This document shows, in pieces, positions 54,889 to 63,721 of a stretch of 64,000 nucleotides of DNA. The notes beneath the pieces are model-generated. The model was not told the origin of the DNA. It worked only from the letters and a program-made list of their open reading frames with translations, and ran no database searches. The stretch's first letter is position 1; each line of letters opens with the position of its first letter. The stretch comes from Candidatus Uhrbacteria bacterium (GTDB lineage Bacteria; Patescibacteriota; Patescibacteriia; JACPHY01). Where the stretch lies: positions 66,345 to 130,344 of the forward strand of contig JACPHY010000016.1 of NCBI GenBank assembly GCA_016188355.1, written 5' to 3'. A program made the translations under genes and the position numbers.

Positions 54889-55566
54889 ATGTCAAGTCAG
54901 GAACAATCGGCGCGAACGCGCGCTGTCGCCGTTATTCGGGTTTTGCGGCGGGAAACTGCCGCACTTCCAAAGCCAATGGGTACGACCATGGTGTTCGAGC
55001 GACGGACGTTGTTCCAGTTGCTCGTGGCGACCATTTGCTCCGCGCAGACGCGGGATGTGGTGACGTACCCAGTGATGCGGCGGTTGTTTCGAACGGTCCG
55101 AACACCAAAAGAACTCATCGCGATTTCCGAGGACGCACTCGCGCAACAGCTGTATCCGATCAGTTATTACCGCACGAAAGCGAAGCATCTCCGGGCGATG
55201 AGCCACATGCTCATCGACCAATTTGATGGACAGGTGCCGACCACGATGGCAGAGCTCCTCACATTGTCCGGTGTCGGCAGGAAAACGGCGAATCTGGTGT
55301 TGGGGGAGGGAATGGGTCAATCGGAGGGCATTTGCGTTGATACGCATGTACACCGCATTTCCAATCGCCTCGGCGTTATTCGGACCAAAACGCGGGCGGC
55401 TACGGAGCGTGCGCTCATGCGCATCCTGCCGAAAAAATATTGGACGCTTTGGAATCCTTTGCTCGTGATGTGGGGGCAGAACATCTGTGCGCCGATTTCT
55501 CCGAAATGTTCGCAGTGTGCCATCCGGCCATGGTGTGCGCGGCGAGGGGTGACGGTGAGCCGATGA
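54889..55566 (+). CDS. nth: Endonuclease III (Nth)
   Basis: HhH-GPD …LLTLSGVGRKTANLVLGE…, catalytic Lys/Asp, and C-terminal [4Fe-4S] C-x6-C-x2-C-x5-C (…CAPISPKCSQCAIRPWC). Confidence 0.85.
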   Translation: MSSQEQSARTRAVAVIRVLRRETAALPKPMGTTMVFERRTLFQLLVATICSAQTRDVVTYPVMRRLFRTVRTPKELIAISEDALAQQLYPISYYRTKAKHLRAMSHMLIDQFDGQVPTTMAELLTLSGVGRKTANLVLGEGMGQSEGICVDTHVHRISNRLGVIRTKTRAATERALMRILPKKYWTLWNPLLVMWGQNICAPISPKCSQCAIRPWCARRGVTVSR

Positions 55567-55584
55567 GGTGAATACAAAAGTTGA

Positions 55585-55613
55585 ACACCCCGACCATTGC
55601 TGGTTCGGGGTGT
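55585..55613. terminator. Bidirectional hairpin ACACCCCGA-N11-TCGGGGTGT between convergent genes
   Basis: Perfect 9-bp stem between the nth stop (55566) and the minus-gene stop (55622). Confidence 0.5.
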
Positions 55614-55621
55614 CCGTTCGT

Positions 55622-56218
55622 TCATGCGAACATCCACGTGCTGCGGACCCACGTCCACAGGCGCGTGAGCGGTCCGGCGGGACGCTCGTGCGCCTGCGTC
55701 CGACGGTGCCGCTCGCGGTAGAGGGGGTCGGCCAATGCGTGGCAGTCGCGGAGGCGGTCCGAGTACCAGAGCCGCCTGCGGGGGTCGGCGCTCGCGCCGT
55801 TGTCGAGCTCCCACCGGATGTGGGCGATCGTCCTCCCCACCACCTCGATCAGCAGATGGAGCTCATCGGTCGCCCGCGTGCGCGCGAGCGCCGCTGCCGA
55901 CACGTTGCGCATCTGGAGCTCCGACCTCAGCCCCATGCACTCCCACTCAATTCGCTCGCCGTGCTCGCCCTGGAGCTGAAACCGACCGCTGTGATCCGTC
56001 GTCGAGAGGAACGACAGCTGATCGGTCAGATCTCTTGCCGCGAACGTGTCGATGTGGCCGTACGGGTTCTTCCCGAGGCGTCGGAGCGCCTCGCACAGAC
56101 GATCGCACGCCTCCCGTTCCCGATTCGCCGCATCCCACTTCCTCGGGAATGCCCTCGCCTTGTTTTCGTTGCCGGTGTTGACGACCGTCGGAGCCTCACT
56201 CCCAATCATTGCGTCCAT
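55622..56218 (-). CDS. Hypothetical protein (198 aa)
   Basis: ORF ending at a hairpin and starting at the AT-rich island. No family recognised. Confidence 0.4.
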   Translation of the reverse strand: MDAMIGSEAPTVVNTGNENKARAFPRKWDAANREREACDRLCEALRRLGKNPYGHIDTFAARDLTDQLSFLSTTDHSGRFQLQGEHGERIEWECMGLRSELQMRNVSAAALARTRATDELHLLIEVVGRTIAHIRWELDNGASADPRRRLWYSDRLRDCHALADPLYRERHRRTQAHERPAGPLTRLWTWVRSTWMFA

Positions 56219-56269
56219 GGTCCCTCGCTCCTTCTTCTCGCGAATCCTTCGCGAAGAAATCCATTTGGA

Positions 56270-56420
56270 AGATACGTTGACTTGTACCTCACTGGTACAA
56301 GTATATTAATGACATAAAATGTAATTTTTGTCAAACATAAAATACTGTATTTGGCTAAATTTACATATAAATTTAGGAATACACTACAGGACATAAATGG
56401 CGTTCTGTTCAGTCCTCGCG
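56270..56420. promoter_or_regulatory. AT-rich island with palindrome CTTGTACC-tcact-GGTACAAG (56281..56301) overlapping a TTGACT…TATATT promoter-like pair, and three ACATAAA(A)T direct repeats
   Basis: Seen directly. Local base composition contrasts sharply with the GC-rich surroundings. Lies between divergent genes 55622..56218 (-) and 56495..56995 (+). Confidence 0.5.
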
Positions 56421-56494
56421 CCACAATCCGTTCGACGACTGTTGTATTTTGTGGTATCTTAGAGCAGATCTCTTCATGAGACGCGTCCTCACGT

Positions 56495-56995
56495 ATGCTC
56501 GTCCGTGATGTCATGCGAACCGAGATTGTGAGCGTGTTGGTGGGAACTAGTTGGCGGCAGGTGGCACAGCTACTCCTCACGCATCACATTAGCGGCGCGC
56601 CCGTGATTACCTCCGAAGGGCGCGTGATTGGCGTTGTTTCGGAGAAAGATGTATTTCGTGCGATCTATCCGAGTTATCAGGAGTGGTACGAAGGGCCGCA
56701 CGCGTTCACGGATTTTTTGGCGCTCGAAGAGGCCGCTCGTGTGGCGCCAGACAAACCAGTAGAGGAGTTCATGTCCACGCGTCTCGTCAGCGTGGAGCCG
56801 ACCACCCCGGTGCTGCAGGTGGGCGCGCTGATGGTGGCAACGGGAATTCATCGCGTGCCGGTGATCGAGCGCGGGAAGTTAGTGGGCATGGTTGGGCGTC
56901 GCGATATTTTCCGCGCGATTCTGCGCGTGCATTTTGCGCTCGAGGAGTCCAATGGCACGAAAACAACTACGGGCGCTCATGAACGGACGGGGTAA
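56495..56995 (+). CDS. CBS-domain pair protein
   Basis: Two CBS motifs (…VMRTEIVSV…HHISGAPVI…GRVIGVVSEKDV… and …FMSTRLVSV…HRVPVIERGKLVGMVGRRDI…). Confidence 0.7.
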   Translation: MLVRDVMRTEIVSVLVGTSWRQVAQLLLTHHISGAPVITSEGRVIGVVSEKDVFRAIYPSYQEWYEGPHAFTDFLALEEAARVAPDKPVEEFMSTRLVSVEPTTPVLQVGALMVATGIHRVPVIERGKLVGMVGRRDIFRAILRVHFALEESNGTKTTTGAHERTG

Positions 56996-57742
56996 TTGCA
57001 TACACCTATGCCGGGGCATCTCTCCATTATTGCGACCCCAATCGGCAATCTTGAGGACATCACGTTCCGCGCACTCCGGATTCTCCGTGAGTGCGATTGC
57101 ATCCTTTGCGAGGATACGCGCGTCACCGCAAAATTACTTGCCGGTCATGGCATCTCGGGTAAATCGCTCATTCGATTTGATGCATTTGCGACCCCGCGTA
57201 AATTGCATGCGGTGCTCGACGTGCTCCGTGCGGGGCAACACATCGCGCTCGTGAGCGATGCGGGAACTCCGGGCGTCAGCGATCCGGGCAATTTTCTGGT
57301 TGCTGCGGTGGTGCGGGAGCTTCCTGGGGTGGTCATTGATCCTATCCCCGGCGCATCGGCATTGACCGCGCTCGCGAGTGTGTGCGGAATTCCTACGGGG
57401 CAGTTCCTGTTCCTCGGATTTCTTCCCCTCAAGCAGCATCGCAAAAAGGCGTTGGAACGCATCGCGCAATCCGCAGAGACCGTTTTCTTTTTTGAGTCGC
57501 CGCATCGCATTGTGCGAACGCTTCGGGAGTTAGATCCGCTGCTTGGCGATCGCATGACGGTGCTCGGTCGAGAGCTGACGAAGCGCTTTGAAACGATCTA
57601 CCGAGGCTCGGCGCGGATGGTGCTCCATGAGCTCGAGCAGTCGAGCGGAAAAATACGAGGAGAGATTGTGGTGGCAGTGACCGGTTGCAAGAGTGGGCAC
57701 GGCCATGCCGAGCGTGCGCAGCCCGCGGAAGTGGCCTCATGA
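56996..57742 (+). CDS. rsmI: 16S rRNA (cytidine1402-2'-O)-methyltransferase RsmI
   Basis: …LSIIATPIGNLEDITFRALRILRECDCILCEDTRVT…ALVSDAGTPGVSDPG… is the tetrapyrrole-methylase-fold RsmI signature. Confidence 0.85.
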   Translation: MHTPMPGHLSIIATPIGNLEDITFRALRILRECDCILCEDTRVTAKLLAGHGISGKSLIRFDAFATPRKLHAVLDVLRAGQHIALVSDAGTPGVSDPGNFLVAAVVRELPGVVIDPIPGASALTALASVCGIPTGQFLFLGFLPLKQHRKKALERIAQSAETVFFFESPHRIVRTLRELDPLLGDRMTVLGRELTKRFETIYRGSARMVLHELEQSSGKIRGEIVVAVTGCKSGHGHAERAQPAEVAS

Positions 57743-58057
57743 GCTCAGGAGGAATGTCATGAGGAGGAGGTTGCGAATACGAGAGCGTCCGTTGGTTGGC
57801 GCGAAGATATTCTCGGGAGTATGAGTACGTTCGGGAGCATCAAGGCCAGGGTGGATCGTCGCCTCCTCCCGTTGACGCTCCGTTGCCTCTTGGACGTCAT
57901 CTTCAAATGTTCGGAGGAGTGTATCGAGCTTGAAGAGCAGGTCGTACCGATGCTCGATACGGGTACGGAGATCGGCGCGCGGATCTTCTTCCGCAAATGC
58001 GGCAGTTGGCCAGACGAACCAGCCGAAGGTGACGATGAGTGCGATGGACCCAGCCAT
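57737..58057 (-). CDS. Small secreted hypothetical protein (signal-peptide-like N-terminus)
   Basis: MAGSIALIVTFGWFVWPTAAFAEE… then charged helical region. Divergent from greA. Start uncertain. Confidence 0.3.
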   Translation of the reverse strand: MAGSIALIVTFGWFVWPTAAFAEEDPRADLRTRIEHRYDLLFKLDTLLRTFEDDVQEATERQREEATIHPGLDAPERTHTPENIFAPTNGRSRIRNLLLMTFLLSS

Positions 58058-58147
58058 TCGCCCGTACGTATGCAATGAGTGGCGCATATGCCCCATGAGC
58101 TTGCTGAGTACACATACGATATTCATCCACTGATTGTTTCGAGTAGT

Positions 58148-58657
58148 ATGCGCGTTCCGCAGCGACGTAGTGAGCGAGACCGTGAACTCCGTGAACGCGT
58201 CGATTACCATCTGACTCCGGATGCGATCGAGCGGCTCCAGCGTGAGTTGGCGGATCTCAAGGATCGGGCACGTCCGAAGGCAATTGCGGAAATGCAGCGG
58301 ACCTCCGAAATGGGGGACCGCTCAGACAATGCCGCATACACTACTGCAAAGGCGCAGCTCACCCGCATCAATTTCCGCATCCTCACGATCGAGGATCGAT
58401 TGAAATACGCAATACCCATTGCGCAGGGCGCGGATAGGTTCGGTCGTGTGCAGGTTGGCTCTCGGGTGACGGTACAGGTGCATGGCAGTGAGCGTTCGTT
58501 CGCGATTGTGGGATCACAGGAAGTAAACCCGGGGCGTGGTCGGATTTCTCATCATTCACCGCTGGGCGCGGCATTGATTGGCCGAGCGGTGGGCGATATC
58601 GTGCGGATCGAGGTGCAGGGTCGGAGTACGGAGTACTGTATTGTGCGAGTGGAGTAG
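58148..58657 (+). CDS. greA: Transcription elongation factor GreA
   Basis: Coiled-coil N-domain (…LTPDAIERLQRELADLKD…SEMGDRSDNAAYTTAK…) and FKBP-like C-domain (…SPLGAALIGRAVGDIVRIEVQGRSTEYCIVRV). Confidence 0.85.
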   Translation: MRVPQRRSERDRELRERVDYHLTPDAIERLQRELADLKDRARPKAIAEMQRTSEMGDRSDNAAYTTAKAQLTRINFRILTIEDRLKYAIPIAQGADRFGRVQVGSRVTVQVHGSERSFAIVGSQEVNPGRGRISHHSPLGAALIGRAVGDIVRIEVQGRSTEYCIVRVE

Positions 58658-58872
58658 TGGCAGATGTGGAATGGAGAGGGACGTGTAGCGCTCCTGATCA
58701 TTCGGGAGCAGGAACGTTGTGGCACTGTTTTGTATGGGGTGGATAGCTAGCTCGGTCTAGTTTATTGCGAGGGAAGCGACAAGAGAGATTGCTGGTTAGC
58801 GCTATTGGTTTTGGGAGGTTTTTGTTTCTGAAGAGATTCTTCGTGCGTTGTTTTCCGAGGGGCCATGTCTCC

Positions 58873-58886
58873 TATTCGTACGAATA
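58873..58886. promoter_or_regulatory. Second copy of palindrome (C)TATTCGTACGAATA(AG) about 100 nt upstream of metG
   Basis: 15 contiguous identical bases shared with the arsR-family upstream site at 38181..38196 (TATTCGTACGAATAA), with similar T-rich upstream context. Confidence 0.5.
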
Positions 58887-58987
58887 AGCGATTATGCGTG
58901 CGGTGCATCGGCCCGGGTGATGGCGATGCGAGCGATGTGATCGTTGCGATAGGAATCATGAGGTGATACGTTTGAGGGTCGAACGAC

Positions 58988-60538
58988 GTGAAATCTATGG
59001 CAAAGTTCTACTGCACCACGCCCATCTATTACGTGAACGACCGGCCGCATATTGGACATGCGTATTCCACGTTTGCCGCGGATGCGCTCGTCACGTGGCA
59101 TCGACTTTCTGGGGAGTCGGTGTTTTTTCTCACGGGAACGGACGAGAATGCACAAAAGAACTCCGAGGCGGCGGCGAAGCGGCTCGGGGTAACTCCTGCG
59201 GAGACCTCCCGTGCGCAAGTACAGGCGTACGTCGATGAGATGTCGGCGGTGTGGCAGCGTACGTGGGATACGTTGGGGATCCGCTATGACCGTTTTATTC
59301 GTACCACCGAGCCTGCGCACCTCCGTGGCGTGGAGCAGTTCATCGCCGCGGTGCAGGAACGGGGAGACATCTACAAGGGGACATATCGCGGATGGTACTG
59401 CGTGGGATGTGAGGCATTCGTCCCGGAGGGTGATCTGGTGGAGGGAAAGTGTGCTACCCATTTGCGCGTCCCGGAGCGGATTGAAGAGGAGAACTATTTT
59501 TTTCGTCTCGCCAAATACCGCGATGCGCTGCTCGCGCATATCGAACAACATCCGGAGTTCATTCAACCGGAATCGCGACGGAATGAAATCGTCGCGTACA
59601 TTCGTGACCACCTTGCGGATATCAGTATTTCGCGCCCGATGCGGAATTGGGGCATTCCGTTCCCCGGCGATCCCGCGCAGGCGGTATACGTGTGGTTTGA
59701 TGCGTTGGGGAACTATCTGACGGGCGTGGGGTATGGTACGGATGCAGCGCAGTTTGCGCAGTGGTGGCCCGCAGATCTCCATCTCATTGGAAAGGACATC
59801 ATCAAATTCCATTGCGCGCTCTGGCCGGCCATGCTCCTGAGTGCAGGCATTCCGCTGCCGCGGCGGGTGTTTGCACATGGATTCTTTACGATCGATGGGC
59901 AAAAGATGTCGAAGTCACTCGGGAATGTAGTGGATCCGGTCGTATCAGCGCAACGGTACGGATTGGATGCGCTGCGATTCTTTCTGTTCCGTGAAATTTC
60001 GTTCGGCGGGGATGGCGATTTTTCCGAAGCGCGTCTCGCGGAGCGTTACGCGGCCGAACTCCAGCACGGCATTGGCAACTTCGCCGCACGAACGATTGCC
60101 ATGGTGCGGAAATATACCGACGGGCGAGTACCGGCAATCGGGGATCGTAATCTCGTGGGGGATGTGTGGGCGCGATATGCGGATGCCTTCGATCGTGCGC
60201 AGCTCCACGAGGCACTTGCGATTGCAACGGAGCTTGTTCGCGTAGGAGATCAGCTCATCGAGCAGGAGCGTCCATGGGAGCTCGCGAAGCGTGGCGAAAC
60301 CGATCGGCTCCATCGTGTGCTCGGGGAGCTGGTGGAGCTGCTCCGGCATCTCGCGCTCCTCCATGCGCCGTTCACGCCTGCGACCACAGATCGCATTTTG
60401 ACGGCATTGGGTCAGGAGGATTGGCGTTCGCATGCGTGGACCGAGTTGCAGCAGTGGGGTCGCCGCACCGAAGGAGCGGTCCTCCGTGAACTGCCGCATC
60501 TCTTCCCGCCACTCGAAGGTGTGCCGGTGCGGGGATAG
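58988..60538 (+). CDS. metG: Methionyl-tRNA synthetase
   Basis: HIGH (…DRPHIGHAYSTFAAD…), Zn knuckle (…CVGCEAFVPE…GKCATHLRVPE…), KMSKS (…GQKMSKSLGN…). Confidence 0.9.
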   Translation: MKSMAKFYCTTPIYYVNDRPHIGHAYSTFAADALVTWHRLSGESVFFLTGTDENAQKNSEAAAKRLGVTPAETSRAQVQAYVDEMSAVWQRTWDTLGIRYDRFIRTTEPAHLRGVEQFIAAVQERGDIYKGTYRGWYCVGCEAFVPEGDLVEGKCATHLRVPERIEEENYFFRLAKYRDALLAHIEQHPEFIQPESRRNEIVAYIRDHLADISISRPMRNWGIPFPGDPAQAVYVWFDALGNYLTGVGYGTDAAQFAQWWPADLHLIGKDIIKFHCALWPAMLLSAGIPLPRRVFAHGFFTIDGQKMSKSLGNVVDPVVSAQRYGLDALRFFLFREISFGGDGDFSEARLAERYAAELQHGIGNFAARTIAMVRKYTDGRVPAIGDRNLVGDVWARYADAFDRAQLHEALAIATELVRVGDQLIEQERPWELAKRGETDRLHRVLGELVELLRHLALLHAPFTPATTDRILTALGQEDWRSHAWTELQQWGRRTEGAVLRELPHLFPPLEGVPVRG

Positions 60539-60556
60539 TTGGATCATGAACAGGAT

Positions 60557-60587
60557 AAAGGACTCCGGCATATGCCAGAGTCCTTTT
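60557..60587. terminator. Bidirectional rho-independent terminator AAAGGACTC-CGGCATATGCCA-GAGTCCTTTT
   Basis: 9-bp stem with an internal palindromic loop and a U-tract, between convergent metG and 60593..60832. Confidence 0.7.
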
Positions 60588-60592
60588 GGTGA

Positions 60593-60832
60593 CTAACGAC
60601 GCGGAATCTGCGCCAGGGCGCCGTTGAGGCGATCCTGACTCTTCTTGGAGAGCGCGCCGCCGGCGAGTACCCCGAGGAATGCGAGGAATCCGATGGCGCC
60701 GGCCAGGCGATCGATCTGCTTCACGGTGGCTGCGGCGTCATTGGTGCGTGTTGCCGTTTTGTAGCGTCCGACGGACGAGACGATCCTGCTCGCAATCATG
60801 CCCACGATGAGGGCAACGAAGAACGACTTCAT
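60593..60832 (-). CDS. Small membrane protein (79 aa), hypothetical
   Basis: MKSFFVALIVGMIASRIVSSVGRYK… and a second hydrophobic segment. 4-nt overlap with the upstream gene. Confidence 0.35.
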   Translation of the reverse strand: MKSFFVALIVGMIASRIVSSVGRYKTATRTNDAAATVKQIDRLAGAIGFLAFLGVLAGGALSKKSQDRLNGALAQIPRR

Positions 60833-61829
60833 GGGGTTGCTCCTTGCATCTGCGGGGTTGGTGCTGCCGTGGGTGGGGTGGCGGGTGGGGCCGATGGCGC
60901 CGCAGACGGTGCGGGCACCGCAGGCGATGCTCCGGCGGCACGCGTGGTGGTCGTCACGGGTAATGCTGTGGTCGTTCCCGTGGTGCCGTGTGCCTGATCG
61001 AGTGCACGTGCAACGAGGAGGTGGCGATCCGCGTACACCGCTGCGAGGTGCTCGGCATCCGCATCCCAACGTTCCGCCTGTGCGGTGAGGCGATCAATCG
61101 TGGTGCACGCCTTCCGATGTGCGTGCTCCGCGTGTGCGATCTGCCGTTTGCAGAGTTCCTCCTCGCGGAGCAGCTGCAGCCCCGGCGTGAGCCGTTGCAT
61201 GAGCAGGTGGACTAACCAGGCGATGCCTGCGGTGAGAAACATGAGCACGAGCGCGGCAGAGATGCCGTACATTGGAGAATCCGTTGTCGGTGCATCGGGT
61301 GCGTCCGCACGTACTTCGTCCGCGCGGAGGATGGTCATCGCGATCACGAGGAGGCAGTAGGCGATGAGGATGATGACGATGAGATGGCGCCGCAGGAAGA
61401 CCACGACTGGAGACGGAGGCACCGTCTGCGCGCCGGGATTCCATCGGCTCAGCTCCGCAGTTTGATGGGTGAGCACGATGAGCACTGCCGCAAACATGAT
61501 TCCGAAGACCGTGCGTTGCGGGTTCTCAATGCCCATGCTGTCGAGGAGCAGACTGCAGCTGATTCCCTCAACGAGGATGAGGATCCCGACCACCACCGCG
61601 AGCGGCCGCGGAGGCCAGTGCTTGATGAGCTCCTGCTGAATCTGCTCGAGGCGCTGCTGCAGGGGTGCCACATTCGGTGCGGGAGGCCGCGGCGGTGTCT
61701 TGGGACGGGCACCGAGCTGCGACACGGTGTACGCGGTGACTGCCTGAGTGGCGGGAATGTTGAGCAATGCGGCTTGCGTGGCATCGCGAACGATGCGGCG
61801 TTCTCGAAATGCGCGATTCTTCTTCATGG
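60829..61829 (-). CDS. Hypothetical membrane protein with Pro/Ala/Thr-rich C-terminal tail
   Basis: Start MKKNRAFRERR (rc ATG 61829). Three TM helices. C-terminus is low-complexity …TTTALPVTTTTRAAGASPAVPAPSAAPSAPPATPPTAAPTP. Confidence 0.45.
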
Positions 61830-62666
61830 CTGCTCCGTGGAGATCGGTGGGGGCATGAGTCGGGAGTGGAACGTGATATCGATGGCGCCGGCGGTGGCTC
61901 CTGCGGTTTCCCAGAGCGTGCGCACCTGCTGGAGGTGTGCGAGCGTCATCGGTGGACACCGCGGCGGCTGTGCGACGCGCGGTTCCACGAATATGAAGAC
62001 GAGGTGCGTGGCAGCGAGTGATCCGGGAGCGAACGCGCCGCGTCGTTGGAGTTTCCGGAGGAACCGATCGGGTGTCGGCAGTGGTCCGCATTCGAAGTCC
62101 CCGTAGTGCGGAGATACTTCCAGGGCATCCGTGAGGATGATGAGATGGCGCTCGGTTTCGGGAGGGAGGGACGGAGGGAGCGATTGCTGCGTGGTCCAAC
62201 TAGCGGTCTCCGCAATGGGAGAGTTTCTCCAGGCGCGCTGCTGTGCCACCGTCGACTGCAATGCAGGAAGGAGACGCGCGCGTTGCGCGGCGATGAACTG
62301 TGCGCGATGCGCCGCGCGGCTTCGGCGGTGACGTCGCGGCGGCGTGGTGCTTATGATGGTGCCGATTATGGCGGCGTCGAGTGCTCGGGCACCTTGCAGG
62401 GTGATACGGAGCATACTGCCGGGAGCGTCCGCGATTGCACCCAGGAGCGCATCGATTGCCGCGGCGTGGTAGTCGATGTTCCGACCGCTCGACCCCTCGG
62501 ATACATCGATGATGAGATCAATGGCGATGGGTCGTGGTGGTGGCGTATCGAACACGCCGACCTCACGTCCGAATTGCACGAGTGCATCACGTGATTCCGG
62601 CAGCGCAACCGCCGTACCAATACCGAGCACCGCAACGGCGGTGCCAATGCCCGTCAAGAGCTGCAT
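61824..62666 (-). CDS. Hypothetical protein with N-terminal TM anchor
   Basis: MQLLTGIGTAVAVLGIGTAVAL anchor then soluble domain (…IAIDLIIDVSEGSSGRN…). Overlaps the downstream gene start, suggesting an operon. Confidence 0.45.
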   Translation of the reverse strand: MQLLTGIGTAVAVLGIGTAVALPESRDALVQFGREVGVFDTPPPRPIAIDLIIDVSEGSSGRNIDYHAAAIDALLGAIADAPGSMLRITLQGARALDAAIIGTIISTTPPRRHRRSRAAHRAQFIAAQRARLLPALQSTVAQQRAWRNSPIAETASWTTQQSLPPSLPPETERHLIILTDALEVSPHYGDFECGPLPTPDRFLRKLQRRGAFAPGSLAATHLVFIFVEPRVAQPPRCPPMTLAHLQQVRTLWETAGATAGAIDITFHSRLMPPPISTEQP

Positions 62667-62678
62667 GGGTAAATCTCC

Positions 62679-63551
62679 TCATTCTGCTCCGGTGTGCACA
62701 GTGGAGCGATGTGTGGGCGATCGTGATTCCCCTGATCCGTGTGCATGAGTGCGCGCGGATTCTCGCCAAAGCACCTCAAACATTAAACGCATGATGCTGA
62801 CTAATGGTCCGCCGCGGAGAACGAGGCCGAACGTTTCGGTGGTGGTCCAGATGAGCGCTGCTTCATCTCCGTAGAGGTAGACCGAGCAGGGGAATGAGGT
62901 GTCCGGTGGAAGGAATTGGGTCGTCCGGAGCTCCTGGGCGTCGGTGGCGGCGAGGCGGGTGGCGTACGCATCGTGCCCGATGTAGAGCACGCGCGCGGCA
63001 ATTTGTCGCTCCAGTCGTTTCGGAATGTAGTAATCATCGTCGTATCCGGGGTTCTCCGGTGGATGGAAGTAATTCGAGAACTCGATGTAGCAATTTGTGG
63101 ATCCCACCGGCACCTGGAGCGTGCGTTCCGAGATTCGGTAGAACACATCGTCCCCGAGAAAGTAGAGGACATCCCCAATGGCCTCGGATGGACTGCGGGT
63201 GCCTGCAGCGCGGGTACGAGCGAGTTCGGGGATGAGCTCGGCAATGTTCCAGCGAAGTCGGGTGGCGCGTTTTTGTGATTCATGAGCAAGTTCCTCCAGT
63301 CGCGCAAGCGGGGCGGCATGGACGCGGCGCGCGCGTCCGCCGCCCTCCCATTCGAGGAGCCCGCGTTCTCTGAGCGCTTGAATGGCGCTGTACGCATGGA
63401 CGCGGTGAATGGTCGCAGCGGTGGCGAGTTCGCGCACCGTTGGCGCCTCAAGTTGCAGCGCGGCGAGATAGCAAGACGCTTCTGCGTGCGAGAGTCCTAA
63501 TTTTTCAAGGAGCGCGACAGTCGATCGGCGCGATCGTGCAGCGTTGCTCAT
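62679..63551 (-). CDS. TrmB-family transcriptional regulator (second copy in window)
   Basis: HTH …ALLEKLGLSHAEASCYLAALQLEAPTVRELATAATIHRVHAYSAIQALRERGLL… is the same fold as 29619..30413. Confidence 0.65.
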   Translation of the reverse strand: MSNAARSRRSTVALLEKLGLSHAEASCYLAALQLEAPTVRELATAATIHRVHAYSAIQALRERGLLEWEGGGRARRVHAAPLARLEELAHESQKRATRLRWNIAELIPELARTRAAGTRSPSEAIGDVLYFLGDDVFYRISERTLQVPVGSTNCYIEFSNYFHPPENPGYDDDYYIPKRLERQIAARVLYIGHDAYATRLAATDAQELRTTQFLPPDTSFPCSVYLYGDEAALIWTTTETFGLVLRGGPLVSIMRLMFEVLWRESARTHAHGSGESRSPTHRSTVHTGAE

Positions 63552-63650
63552 AAGGGTACGGCAAGGGACGCCATTGTAAATTTTTGTGCTATTGCAATCG
63601 ATTGTATCGAGTATGTTGATCTCAGTAAAGAGCAATCATGATCCCTTCAA

Positions 63651-63671
63651 TTGTAGTTGATCGAACTACAA
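63651..63671. promoter_or_regulatory. Perfect palindrome TTGTAGTT-gatcg-AACTACAA in the divergent TrmB-family / cvpA intergenic region
   Basis: Seen directly. Same TTGTA-N11-TACAA architecture as the palindrome at 56281..56301. Confidence 0.5.
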
Positions 63672-63721
63672 CTCAAAGGAGTTTCGATTCCTTTACGTCT
63701 GCGATACGATGGAAGAGCCAT

